From: Candidatus Planktophila sp.
Lineage (GTDB): Bacteria; Actinomycetota; Actinomycetes; Nanopelagicales; Nanopelagicaceae
NCBI GenBank assembly: GCA_044342645.1
Contig: JBIIPL010000001.1
Span: forward strand, 1 to 41,810
Length of the DNA: 41,810 nt
Reading direction: 5' to 3'
The notes below the pieces were generated by a model, which made no database searches, had not been told where the DNA came from, and was given only the letters and a program-made list of their open reading frames with translations. Positions 19,342 through 29,169 of this stretch are shown one piece after another; within the stretch, counting starts at the first letter, position 1, and each line of letters begins with the position of its first letter. A program made the position numbers and the translations under genes.

Positions 19342-20510
19342 GCACACCTTCTGTCTTTGATGAATTAGTTGGCCAATCCCACATCACCGAAATCTTGCAA
19401 GGCGCAGTTAAAGCTGCCCAAAGTGGGCAAGAGTCACCCAATCTCTCTAAACACGGAATGACTCACGCCTGGATCTTCACCGGCCCGCCAGGCAGTGGCC
19501 GCTCATCGGCAGCCGTTGCCTTTGCCGCAGCACTGGTCTGTCCTGCAGGCGGCTGTGGCACCTGCCAGGCGTGCCGCAGCACCCAAACCTCGGGCCATCC
19601 TGATGTCGAGATCATCCGTACTGAAGGCCTTTCCATCAAGATCGATGAAGTTCGCGAACTTTTAACTCGCACATCCTGGGCGCCATCAATGGGCGGCTGG
19701 CGCGTTGTCGTGATGGAAGATGCCGATCGCATGACTGAATCTGCAGCGAACGCACTTCTTAAGGCAATTGAAGAACCCGGCGCTCGCACAGTTTGGTTGC
19801 TTTGTGCCCCAACACTTCACGACATCTTGCCCACAATTCGTTCACGCTGTCGCCACCTGCAGCTGCGCACACCATCAACACATGACGTGACACAAGTTTT
19901 AGAAAAGCGCGATGGCATAACACCTGCAATGGCAGATTTCGCCGCCCGCGTTTCACAGGGGCACATCGGTCGCGCAAGATACATTGCCACAAATGAACAC
20001 GTGCGCAGCAATCGGGCACAAGTTATGAAGTTACCGCTGCAACTAACTTCTATAGCCGCCGCATACACAGCTGCGCAAACACTTGTCGATCTTGCAACGC
20101 AAGAGGCGAATGCCACAACTGATGCGCGCGATGAGGCAGAAACGCAGGCGCTCGCCGAGGCTTACGGCAAAGGCGCAACCGGTCGCGGCATGGCAACCGG
20201 TGGATCAAAGGCAATCAAAGAGTTGGAGAAAGAACAGAAATCACGAGCCACCCGCGCCGTGCGCGATGGTTTAGATGGCGCGCTCCTTGATATCGCAACT
20301 TTCTATCGCGATGTGATGCTTGTGCAATCTGGAGCCACCGATTCGATTATCAACATAGATATCCTTGATGAAATAACCGCTTATGCGCATAAAAACCCTG
20401 CCCACGCAACGGTGAAGAAGATCAACGCAATTATGGAAGCGCGGACCAACTTGAGCCACAATGCAGCGCCCCTTTTGACCATCGAAGCTTTGATGTGTCG
20501 TTTGGCCTGA
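19338..20510 (+). CDS. holB: DNA polymerase III delta' subunit
   Basis: HAWIFTGPPGSGRS, C...CGTCQAC, HPDV, AANALLKAIEEP, PTIRSRC; ATGA overlap with tmk. Confidence 0.96.
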   Translation: MSTPSVFDELVGQSHITEILQGAVKAAQSGQESPNLSKHGMTHAWIFTGPPGSGRSSAAVAFAAALVCPAGGCGTCQACRSTQTSGHPDVEIIRTEGLSIKIDEVRELLTRTSWAPSMGGWRVVVMEDADRMTESAANALLKAIEEPGARTVWLLCAPTLHDILPTIRSRCRHLQLRTPSTHDVTQVLEKRDGITPAMADFAARVSQGHIGRARYIATNEHVRSNRAQVMKLPLQLTSIAAAYTAAQTLVDLATQEANATTDARDEAETQALAEAYGKGATGRGMATGGSKAIKELEKEQKSRATRAVRDGLDGALLDIATFYRDVMLVQSGATDSIINIDILDEITAYAHKNPAHATVKKINAIMEARTNLSHNAAPLLTIEALMCRLA

Positions 20511-21209
20511 TTACTTGGGTTTTGAACCCTCAGACCACAAAGTAACCCCAGGATAGAACGAAGGCACAACTCGCCTTTCAAATTGACCAACTCTATAAAG
20601 AAAGGAATTGATAACAAAATTCTCTTTCTTTAGAGAACTACCTTTACTGAATATCCTATATATTTTTATAGGCCACTTTAAAAAAACTACAGAACTTCTA
20701 GTGTGCGATATCTCAAAGCCTACTTCTGCAATCTTTTGTTTAAACTCTTCTCGCAGGTAGCGCCTGACATGCCTAACCGCTTCATCATGCTCCGACCATA
20801 ATTTAGGATCCTCAGGAACTGAAAATAGGAATTTTCCTCCAGGTCTAGTAACCCTATACATTTCTGCTAACGCTGAAATATCATTTTCTATATGCTCCAA
20901 AACATCCAGGCACAAGACTGCATCAAAAGATTCTGATTCAAAAGGTAAATCGGTCGCATCTCCTCGCACTACATGGATACCCTTTTTCAACTGCAATTCG
21001 ACGCCCAAATCAGACATTTCGAGACTCGTCAGATTAAAACCTAAATCGGTTAGAAGCAACGTGTTACCGCCACTAGCCGAGCCGACATCCAAAATTCTTG
21101 ATCCTGCAGGAAGAGAGCGCGCCCATTTAGCTACAGACTCAGTCCGGAGTAGGTACCACCAGTGAACACTTTCTAAATCTGCCAAGTTTTGAATTTCTAC
21201 CGAATCCAT
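20511..21209 (-). CDS. Class I SAM-dependent methyltransferase (glycan-locus type)
   Basis: E..HWWY, ILDVGSASG, FDAVLCLDVLEH, W..HDE...H.RRY; start ATG 21209 with TATAAT 6 nt upstream. Confidence 0.85.
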   Translation of the reverse strand: MDSVEIQNLADLESVHWWYLLRTESVAKWARSLPAGSRILDVGSASGGNTLLLTDLGFNLTSLEMSDLGVELQLKKGIHVVRGDATDLPFESESFDAVLCLDVLEHIENDISALAEMYRVTRPGGKFLFSVPEDPKLWSEHDEAVRHVRRYLREEFKQKIAEVGFEISHTRSSVVFLKWPIKIYRIFSKGSSLKKENFVINSFLYRVGQFERRVVPSFYPGVTLWSEGSKPK

Positions 21210-21224
21210 GTGTAGATTATAACT
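21210..21224. promoter_or_regulatory. Bidirectional promoter with overlapping -10 hexamers serving two leaderless genes
   Basis: + strand TAGATT(21213-21218)-N6-ATG; - strand TATAAT(21221-21216)-N6-ATG. Confidence 0.7.
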
Positions 21225-22181
21225 ATGCCTAGAGTAATAAAGTCGAGCAAGAAACCCTTCGTATCGATAGTTATTCCTATGTATAACGAAGAAGAATCGG
21301 CCGCCCAAACTCTTAATGAAGTTGTTAAGGTGCTTGAATACTACAATGGAAAAAGCGAGATCATCTTTGTGGACGATTGTTCTACAGATAAGTCAATTGA
21401 AGTGCTTTCTAATGCTAGAAAAGGAAGCAAAGCAAAAATTTTAGCTCTGCGCAAAAATGTTGGTCATATGCGAGCTCTCTGCATAGGGTTAGAAAGAGCT
21501 GAAGGGGATTGTGTGATTACACTCGACTGTGATCTTCAAGATCCCCCAAGGTATATTCCGGAACTAATCGAGACCTATATTTCAATGACTTCAAAGAATC
21601 AAAGAATTGATGTAATTCAGACCGTTAGGGTAAATCGGAAGACGGATACACTCTTTAAATCAATAACTGCTCGGTTGTATTACAGAATAATACGGGCATT
21701 AACGGGAATCAGCGTCACTACAAATGCTGCCGACTACAGATTAATGTCTAGGAGTTGCGTAGATACTTTAACCGCCCTCCCAGAGAAAGAAAAAATCCTC
21801 AGATTGTTGATACCCGCTCTCGGATTCAAAGTAAAAGAGATTGAGATTGTTCGCGACACGCGGTACGCAGGAAAATCTAAATATCCGCTGTCCAAAATGA
21901 TCTCACTGGCAATCAACTCGGCAATTGGTTTCACAACAAAACCCCTTCGAGTCCTTGGAGTCTTTGGAGTGTTTGTCTCGGCTTTGATGCTCATTCTTTC
22001 AGTTGTTTTTGGAATTCTTTGGCTGCAAGGACGAACAGTCCCAGGTTGGACGTCGATCGTATTCCTAATATTGTCGACTAATGCGGCTTTATTTGCATCG
22101 GTTGGATTATTAGGTGAGTACATTGGTCGAATCTACATTCAAGTTCAGAATCGACCTGAAGTAGAATACGACGAACTATAA
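21225..22181 (+). CDS. GT2 polyprenyl-phosphate glycosyltransferase (GtrB/DPM1-like)
   Basis: SIVIPMYNEE, VDDCSTD, DCDLQDPP, DYRLMSR, R.AGKSKY, two C-terminal TM helices, GEYIGRIY. Confidence 0.9.
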   Translation: MPRVIKSSKKPFVSIVIPMYNEEESAAQTLNEVVKVLEYYNGKSEIIFVDDCSTDKSIEVLSNARKGSKAKILALRKNVGHMRALCIGLERAEGDCVITLDCDLQDPPRYIPELIETYISMTSKNQRIDVIQTVRVNRKTDTLFKSITARLYYRIIRALTGISVTTNAADYRLMSRSCVDTLTALPEKEKILRLLIPALGFKVKEIEIVRDTRYAGKSKYPLSKMISLAINSAIGFTTKPLRVLGVFGVFVSALMLILSVVFGILWLQGRTVPGWTSIVFLILSTNAALFASVGLLGEYIGRIYIQVQNRPEVEYDEL

Positions 22182-22336
22182 ATCACAATTTTCGCCCAAA
22201 AATTCACACTAGATATTAAAACATCTGCAAAAAAATCATTTCTTGGTAGGCCAATTTTTACATCAATTAATTTTGCATAAATCGTGAGCGTTGAAGCGGT
22301 GTTATCTCTTACAATAGTAATAAGGAGAGTAACGTA

Positions 22337-23863
22337 TTGAAAAAAGTAGCACCCTTGAAAATGCGAGTCATGATTTTTTTCATTTCGTGTGTTCTTTCGG
22401 CTTGTTCCTCGGAAGCCACAATCGAAACACCACTTTCGGATTTAGCAACATATGAAAACCAGAAGTTAGATTGGTTCACTTGTTACGAAGACTTTGAATG
22501 TGCCGACCTTCGCGTCCCGATCGATTACGCAGATCTAACAGTTAGCGCCTTTAAAATTGCGCTACTTCGCTATAAAGCCCAAGATCAAAAGAATCGAATC
22601 GGCTCTCTCATCGTTAACCCTGGTGGCCCCGGCGGCTCTGGCGTTGATTACGCCTACAACGCCCAATACATCTTTGATCCAGATGTCTTAGATCGCTTTG
22701 ATATCGTCGGCTTTGACCCACGTGGCGTTGATCGCAGCGCACCAATTAAATGCCTTAACGATAAAGAAACTGATGCCGCATACGCCGCCGATGCCAAGCC
22801 CGACACCGAAGCCGAACTCACCCAAGCAATAGCCGATGCTAAATCCTTCATCGATAAATGCCAAAGTGCAAACAAATATTTAAACCATTTCTCAACTGCA
22901 GAAGCAGCTCGCGATATGGACATCCTGCGGGCAGCGTTAGGGGATAAGAAGCTGAATTACCTCGGCAAATCTTATGGAACATACCTCGGCACTCTTTATG
23001 CGCAGTTCTTCCCCGACAAAGTTGGCCGAATGGTCTTAGACGGCGCAGTTGATCCAAATATTTCAATCCTTGAACAAAATATTTCACAAGCAAAAGGCTT
23101 TGACGACGCCCTCGGTGCTTTCATTACCAATTGCGCTAAAGAAGATGACTGCCCGTTACCAAAGAATAAGCAAGATGCAACTACAAAAATAATTTCACTC
23201 TTCACGTCTGCTGCGACAAACCCGTTGCCACGCAAAAGAAAAGTTAAAAACGATGATCGCCCCGCAACCGAATCCCTGATCGTGCTCGGCATCGCATCGG
23301 CACTTTATGACGATGTCGATGGCTGGCCAAAGCTACGCACCGCAATTTCCGAAGCCCTACAAGGCTATGGAGACTCATTCCTTGATTTAGTAGACCAATA
23401 TACAGATCGCTCACCCGATGGCACTTACATTTCTAACGAGTTAGATTCCGGTGCCATCATCGATTGCCTAGATTGGCCTGACACCCGCACCATCGAAGAA
23501 ACCAAGGGAGATGCCAAGCGATTTACCGATGCTGCACCAATCTTTGGCCCATACCTGGCATATACAAATATCGCGTGCAAGTATTTGACTCCGCCAACGA
23601 AAGATAAGTTAACTCGCAAAACCAACAAGATAACTTCCATCAAAACCGCACCAATTATCGTGATTGGCACTAAACGCGACCCAGCAACGCCTTATGAATG
23701 GGCAGTTGGCCTCAGCAAAATATTCACCTCATCAAAACTAATCTCACTCAACGCCGACGGCCACACGGGCCAAGGACGCGGCAGCGCTTGTGTCGATAAT
23801 GCAGTCGATGCCTATCTACTTGAGGGTAAAAGCCCCAAGAAAAACCTTAACTGCGCGCTTTAG
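22337..23863 (+). CDS. Lipoprotein alpha/beta-hydrolase peptidase (TAP/Hip1-like)
   Basis: Lipobox LSA-C, NPGGPGGSG, GFDPRGV, nucleophile GKSYG, DPATP, GHT; SD AAGGAG before TTG. Confidence 0.9.
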   Translation: MKKVAPLKMRVMIFFISCVLSACSSEATIETPLSDLATYENQKLDWFTCYEDFECADLRVPIDYADLTVSAFKIALLRYKAQDQKNRIGSLIVNPGGPGGSGVDYAYNAQYIFDPDVLDRFDIVGFDPRGVDRSAPIKCLNDKETDAAYAADAKPDTEAELTQAIADAKSFIDKCQSANKYLNHFSTAEAARDMDILRAALGDKKLNYLGKSYGTYLGTLYAQFFPDKVGRMVLDGAVDPNISILEQNISQAKGFDDALGAFITNCAKEDDCPLPKNKQDATTKIISLFTSAATNPLPRKRKVKNDDRPATESLIVLGIASALYDDVDGWPKLRTAISEALQGYGDSFLDLVDQYTDRSPDGTYISNELDSGAIIDCLDWPDTRTIEETKGDAKRFTDAAPIFGPYLAYTNIACKYLTPPTKDKLTRKTNKITSIKTAPIIVIGTKRDPATPYEWAVGLSKIFTSSKLISLNADGHTGQGRGSACVDNAVDAYLLEGKSPKKNLNCAL

Positions 23864-23916
23864 TAAGACCCACTATTTGGTAAAGACCACCCCTTTTCAT
23901 GGTGCAAAATAACTCC

Positions 23917-24561
23917 ATGCGCTTAGACCATGTCTCATATGTAACTTCCCATGATCAACTAGCCGACACCGTGCAACGCCTGGGTTCTCGCCTTGGCACA
24001 ACATTTGTTGATGGCGGTATCCACCCACGTTTTGGAACACGTAACTTCACTGCTCCACTTCTTGATGGCAAATACATCGAAGTTGTTTGCCCACTTGATC
24101 ACCCAGCAACAGAACAAACACCTTGGGGTAAAGCTGTATCAAAGAAAGCTCAAGAAGGTGGCGGATGGCTTACTTGGGTATTTAGCACCGAAGACATTGC
24201 ACCAATCGAAGAAAAGTTTGGTCGTAAAGCAGTCGATGGCCACCGTACGCGCCCAGATGGAACAGATCTTAAATGGAAGCAAATTGGTGTTAAGGAAATT
24301 GAAGAGTCTCGCGAGCTTCCATTCTTTATTCAGTGGCTCACGGCAGATCATCCATCGAAAGATGGAACAACAGTTTCCAAGATAGAAAAGATTGTTATTG
24401 CCGATAAAGATCAACTCTCTGACTCTTGGTTTAAAACTGAAATCATGAGCGCACTTGATAAAGTTGCAATTGATTGGGTAGACCCATCTAGCACCGAAGG
24501 CGAAACTGGAATAGTTTCCGTTCACCTGAGCACACCAGGTGGCTCAGTGGTCTTGGACTAG
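23917..24561 (+). CDS. VOC/glyoxalase-like family protein
   Basis: MRLDHV, GGIHPRFGTRN, YIEVV, R.RPDG..L.W, LPFFIQW. Confidence 0.85.
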   Translation: MRLDHVSYVTSHDQLADTVQRLGSRLGTTFVDGGIHPRFGTRNFTAPLLDGKYIEVVCPLDHPATEQTPWGKAVSKKAQEGGGWLTWVFSTEDIAPIEEKFGRKAVDGHRTRPDGTDLKWKQIGVKEIEESRELPFFIQWLTADHPSKDGTTVSKIEKIVIADKDQLSDSWFKTEIMSALDKVAIDWVDPSSTEGETGIVSVHLSTPGGSVVLD

Positions 24562-24985
24562 ACCAACAATTCCAAGTATTTCAAATATGGCACAATCTTA
24601 TATAATTAAACAACCTACTAAATTTGAAAATGAAAGGAATTTTTCATTGAAATTAGTTAAATAGTCTATTAATCCACTAACGCGCAAACAAGTCTTTTCT
24701 GAATTTTCTTTTGATTTATTCGTCGTAATTACAACCTCTTTCAGTTATCTTGCTATCCCTCTTCCCATAAACTTCGAAGGAATCATTTTGAAAGATGTGA
24801 AAGTTCTGCTTAAGACGAATTCATCTGCAATCATAATGGATACGTATTCAGAATTTGATCCGCGTGCAGGAAATATGTCTAGAAACTTGAAACGTGTACT
24901 TGGAATAGATCAATACAGCCAAGAAATAACCAAGAGACTAGCTATCAGTTTGTTCTCGTGCCGGATCTCATATCAGAGATAAATA

Positions 24986-26137
24986 CTAAAGGTAAAAAGA
25001 ATTTGCAATTGACTTAATTCGTGAGTATTCCAAGTGATCTAATGCTAATTGATTGTTGGTTTTTTGTGCGAAATCTAAAGTGGCTGAATCATGAATTATA
25101 GAACTGATCGCCAACCAAAGATCCCCTTCATCTAAATTTATAAGAGTCCCAACGGAGCCTTTCTTAACCCATTCACCAGCGCAGGAGGTATTTGTCTGAA
25201 TGGGGTAAGCGCCACCAACCAATGCTTCTAGGAATGAAGTACTAACACCGTCACTAATTGAGCAACCAATATAGATACGTGCAACCGAAAACAAATTTTG
25301 TAAATCAAAATGCGAAAGGGGTTTCTCGATAGTTGTGTAAGTTATGCGATTTGGAAATGCTTCCTGTAGATTCTCAATTAAACCAACTACATCTGTTGAA
25401 ACAGAAAAGAAGTGAACCAAGAATTTTTCATTCTCACTCGCGTTTAAAACCTTATAGAGTGTGGAAACGACTAACTGGCATCGTCCAAAATAACCTCCAT
25501 AACCTTTTACCAAAATTAGGTTACGTTCAGAGGTGGGAACTCTTGGCAGGTTAATATCTATTTCAAGAAAACCACCAGAATTTGGAATAACAGGTAAATT
25601 GATTCCGGTAAACCCTAATTCTTCAGCTAAAGCGTAATCCCGTTCACACTCAGATGAGTATCTGTCTGACTGTTCAAGTAATTTAACAATCTTCTCTCTA
25701 TGTTCCGGTATTGATTGAAAATGATAAATATCACTACCCCAATTTGTTGAAATTAAAATGAAGTCTTTTCCATATTTCTCTATGTAGTCCAAGCACAAGT
25801 ACCCTGCACTTTGGAATTCAAGAACATGAACTATTTGGGGAGCAAATAAACGGATTTCTTTTCTCAATCGGCCTTGCCTTGTGAATTTCTTGAATACTCC
25901 ACTGAAGAAAAGTTCAAAAACATGGTCAAAAAATCCAAGAAAAACTCGAAAGAATTTGTAATCGACAATTTCAATTAAGCCCATTTTTTCTAGACGGAGT
26001 ATTTCTGGGTGTACCTTTCTAAAGAAATTGGATGGGAATACTCTGATCATCAGATTGGAGTTATCAAACTGAGCAAGCCAGCGAGCGGAATGAATACTAT
26101 TTACCATACAAATAACTAATATGCGACGAGACTTCAT
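24986..26137 (-). CDS. Glycosyltransferase, probable GT-B/GT4
   Basis: SIHSARW, WGSDI, and SDGVSTSFLEALVGG at the usual EX7E position; TGATG coupling to the upstream GT2. Confidence 0.75.
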   Translation of the reverse strand: MKSRRILVICMVNSIHSARWLAQFDNSNLMIRVFPSNFFRKVHPEILRLEKMGLIEIVDYKFFRVFLGFFDHVFELFFSGVFKKFTRQGRLRKEIRLFAPQIVHVLEFQSAGYLCLDYIEKYGKDFILISTNWGSDIYHFQSIPEHREKIVKLLEQSDRYSSECERDYALAEELGFTGINLPVIPNSGGFLEIDINLPRVPTSERNLILVKGYGGYFGRCQLVVSTLYKVLNASENEKFLVHFFSVSTDVVGLIENLQEAFPNRITYTTIEKPLSHFDLQNLFSVARIYIGCSISDGVSTSFLEALVGGAYPIQTNTSCAGEWVKKGSVGTLINLDEGDLWLAISSIIHDSATLDFAQKTNNQLALDHLEYSRIKSIANSFYL

Positions 26138-27060
26138 CAAATCTCTTCTTTGTTAAAAAAAAGTTTCTTAAGCGATTTAGAACCCTTAGTTCTTAAAGGA
26201 TAAAAAAGAAGATACGTAATAGTTTTAAATTTAAAGTCGTTACTCAAAAATCCCCGAATTAAGAAGGCTCTTATTAATGTTTTTACCCCCAACATGTAAT
26301 TGAATTGAAAGGCTGTGATGGAGGCATAGTAGTGGGAATGAGCTCGAGACATTCGAATCATTCGGCTTGTCAAGTTATGGGTGGTTACAAATTCTTCTAT
26401 AACTGATATTTGTTCTCTCATCATTTCTGGCCCTCGTTTTGAGATTGATGTAGATTCTTTATGGAATCGCCATTGCGCGAGCACCTCATCACGTTTTTGA
26501 AAGGATCCCAGTTGCACGATGCGCAACCAAAAGTCGTAATCGCCAACATATTTCCATTTCACGTTCCGGCCCCTAATTTTCAAGGCTTCAGCTTTCCTGA
26601 TGAATGTGCCTGGACCTGGTAGGCAAACGAATCTTCCAAGCAATCTATCAAGGGAGAATTCATCTACCCAGACAGTTTTAATTTTGTTTCCATCCTGGTC
26701 AATCATGTTCCAATTTGGATACCAAACGACAATATCGGGATTAGTATCGAAAAAATCTTCAACACCATCAAAAATTAGTGGAGTAAATAGTGGATCATCT
26801 GCGCTGACAACAAGAATGAAATCACCTACTGCATTGATAATTCCAGTATTGACAGCCGCAGACTCTCCAGCATTATTCTTTTTGATCACTTTAATTTTAT
26901 GTGAATATCTCTCTAAAATTTCAGCGGTTCGATCAGTTGATCCATCATCAATAACAAGGTATTCGACACTATATCCTTCTGCTGCTTTTAACACAGAAAG
27001 CACGGTTTCTTCAATATAATTGGCACCGTTATAAACGGGGGTAATTACCGAAATCCTCAT
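26137..27060 (-). CDS. GT2 glycosyltransferase
   Basis: ISVITPVYNG, IDDGSTD, ADD, DYDFWLR; ATGA overlap with lhgO supports start 27060. Confidence 0.9.
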   Translation of the reverse strand: MRISVITPVYNGANYIEETVLSVLKAAEGYSVEYLVIDDGSTDRTAEILERYSHKIKVIKKNNAGESAAVNTGIINAVGDFILVVSADDPLFTPLIFDGVEDFFDTNPDIVVWYPNWNMIDQDGNKIKTVWVDEFSLDRLLGRFVCLPGPGTFIRKAEALKIRGRNVKWKYVGDYDFWLRIVQLGSFQKRDEVLAQWRFHKESTSISKRGPEMMREQISVIEEFVTTHNLTSRMIRMSRAHSHYYASITAFQFNYMLGVKTLIRAFLIRGFLSNDFKFKTITYLLFYPLRTKGSKSLKKLFFNKEEI

Positions 27061-28247
27061 AGATAAGTTGCGACAATCCATTTGGCGAAAGGTATTGCAG
27101 AAGTCCAGCCAGGGCTTACTGCGTTTAAGACGTGAACAATGTTATGTTCCTTTTGGACTACAAAGTCCATCTCAAACTCCCCTTTTTCTAGATTTACCAA
27201 TTGGGCGCGTATTCCAGGTCTCTTTTTCTTCCAAGAAATTGATTCGTTTGCTGATGGAACCAACTTTTGGCCATCTCTAGATAAAACTTTTGTTGAAATT
27301 TTTGGCAGCTCGGTTCTTGCTAAATTGATCAAATTAGCGGGCGAATTAGCCATGAGGGATTTGAGAGCTTTTATGCTGCTTTGCAAATCTAGGAATTCTG
27401 GAAGATCCTGCCACGAATACTGCTCTCTTCCCAGGATAGGAATCGCTGTGGGGCCAATTTTAATGTCACCTTGAACGGTCAGAGTGAAGTGCACACCAAG
27501 GAATGGATTTTTTGGATTAGGAACCGGATAAACGAGCGTTTTCAATGGAAGATTAGCCCGTGGGGTCACTTTGTACAGTCCCAATACCGGCAATTGCGCA
27601 TATTTCTTTCCAACACCAACCGAGTGTGCAAGATGAATTGCATTTGTACCTGCCGCATTAATGATCTGGACCGCAGAAAGAGATACCCCATTTATCGTCA
27701 CTTTATAATTCAAATCTATTTTTATCATTGCTTCAGTACGTAGTTCACCACCTAATTTTAAGTAACTCTCTCTAATGCGCTCACTAACAAGTACCGGGTC
27801 ACTCACGGCTGTTAACGGTGACCAAATGAATTGCCTGTATGTCTTGGCTAAAGGTTCAAAATCGTTTAATTCATCTTCTTCCAAAAGCTCGAGTTTAGCT
27901 CCATTAGCTAGTCCACGCCTATACAACTCATGGAGTCGAGGCAGATCTTCTTCACAGGTTGCGACAACAACTTTGCCACATTCATTTATAGGCAACCTAC
28001 TTTCAGAAATAATCTCCCTCAGTGCGGAATTTCCCTCTAGACAGAACCGAGCCTTAAGTGAATCGGGTGAGTAATAAAAACCAGCATGTAGAACGCCAGA
28101 GTTTCGACCAGACGCGTGCTGAGCAGGAGCAGTCTCCTTCTCGGCGATCAGAACTCTCAAACTTGGATTTCTCTGTAAAAGCTCTACTCCTATAGAGAGG
28201 CCAACAATTCCAGCCCCGACGATTAGATAGTCGTACTCTTTTTGCAC
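27057..28247 (-). CDS. lhgO: L-2-hydroxyglutarate oxidase-like FAD oxidoreductase
   Basis: GAGIVG, SGRNSGVLHAGFYY.PDSLKA, YPVP....PFLGVH, GIRAQ, NAVSPG.TS. Confidence 0.85.
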   Translation of the reverse strand: MQKEYDYLIVGAGIVGLSIGVELLQRNPSLRVLIAEKETAPAQHASGRNSGVLHAGFYYSPDSLKARFCLEGNSALREIISESRLPINECGKVVVATCEEDLPRLHELYRRGLANGAKLELLEEDELNDFEPLAKTYRQFIWSPLTAVSDPVLVSERIRESYLKLGGELRTEAMIKIDLNYKVTINGVSLSAVQIINAAGTNAIHLAHSVGVGKKYAQLPVLGLYKVTPRANLPLKTLVYPVPNPKNPFLGVHFTLTVQGDIKIGPTAIPILGREQYSWQDLPEFLDLQSSIKALKSLMANSPANLINLARTELPKISTKVLSRDGQKLVPSANESISWKKKRPGIRAQLVNLEKGEFEMDFVVQKEHNIVHVLNAVSPGWTSAIPFAKWIVATYL

Positions 28248-28308
28248 GTGGCGATCCTATCTCACACACAAAAAAAGTTCGGTAGGCTATCTTAACTTTG
28301 GAGGAATA

Positions 28309-29163
28309 TTGAAAAAAGTACTTGTTTTAGGTGCGACAGGAATGCTTGGGCATGCCTGTTCAAATGTCCTAAGGAAAAATAAATCAATTGATATTGTAAA
28401 TACATCTAGAATCAGAAAAGCCGGGTACTTAGAATTTGATGCATCCGCCGATTCGATCAGCGAGTTAATTTCTACGGTAAACCCTGATTGGATTATTAAT
28501 TGTATTGGAATAATTAAACCGCATATCGATGAAAAAAATATTACTTCCATAAATCAAGCAGTACGAATAAATGCTCTATTTCCACAAGAGATCGCACTAG
28601 CCACAAGCAAGCCAGTAATTCAGATCGCTACTGATTGCGTCTATAGTGGAAATATTGGGGCGTATTCTGAAAACGATCCACATGATGCAACCGATGTGTA
28701 TGGTAAAACTAAGAGTCTGGGTGAAATTCCCGCTGACAATTTGAAACATATCCGCGCATCAATTATTGGCCCGGAAGAAGGGCGTTCAACCTCCCTCCTT
28801 GAATGGTTTAGAAACCAACCTCAAGACGCAAAATTAAATGGTTTTACTGACCATTTGTGGAATGGCGTTACTACTCACCACTTTGGTCTTCTCGCTAAGG
28901 GAATGATAGAAAATGACTACTCGGATTTAAGTAAAATTCATATTGTTCCAAAAGATGTGGTCACTAAAGCAGATCTATTACGTATTTTTGCATCTTCATA
29001 TAATCGAGCCGATATTGAAATCACAGATGTTGAGAGCGCTAAGACAATAGATAGAACTTTGTCTACGGAAAAAGAAGAAGCCAATGATTTACTGTGGAAT
29101 ATGGCTGGTTATGAGACCCCGCCAACGATTAAACAAATGGTGCAAGAGCAATCAAATTTCTGA
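28309..29163 (+). CDS. RmlD-like NDP-4-keto-6-deoxyhexose reductase (SDR)
   Basis: LGATGMLG, INCIGIIK, TDCVYSG, YGKTK; SD GGAGG before TTG. Confidence 0.82.
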   Translation: MKKVLVLGATGMLGHACSNVLRKNKSIDIVNTSRIRKAGYLEFDASADSISELISTVNPDWIINCIGIIKPHIDEKNITSINQAVRINALFPQEIALATSKPVIQIATDCVYSGNIGAYSENDPHDATDVYGKTKSLGEIPADNLKHIRASIIGPEEGRSTSLLEWFRNQPQDAKLNGFTDHLWNGVTTHHFGLLAKGMIENDYSDLSKIHIVPKDVVTKADLLRIFASSYNRADIEITDVESAKTIDRTLSTEKEEANDLLWNMAGYETPPTIKQMVQEQSNF

Positions 29164-29169
29164 TTTAAG

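Noticed and set aside
19465-19640. GC-rich patch within holB, and at the 5' ends of dedA and tmk, as recombination tracts
   Set aside because: Largely explained by Gly/Ala/Pro/Cys-rich coding; cannot be supported without comparison to relatives.
20511-21209. Methyltransferases (also 36022-36744) as DNA methylases or defence genes
   Set aside because: No DPPY/NPPY/PC motifs and no nuclease partner; sequence and context fit small-molecule or glycan methyltransferases.
23864-23916. tRNA-Thr or att site, often found after holB and the hydrolase in actinobacteria
   Set aside because: No cloverleaf or T-loop motif in this spacer or at the island edges.
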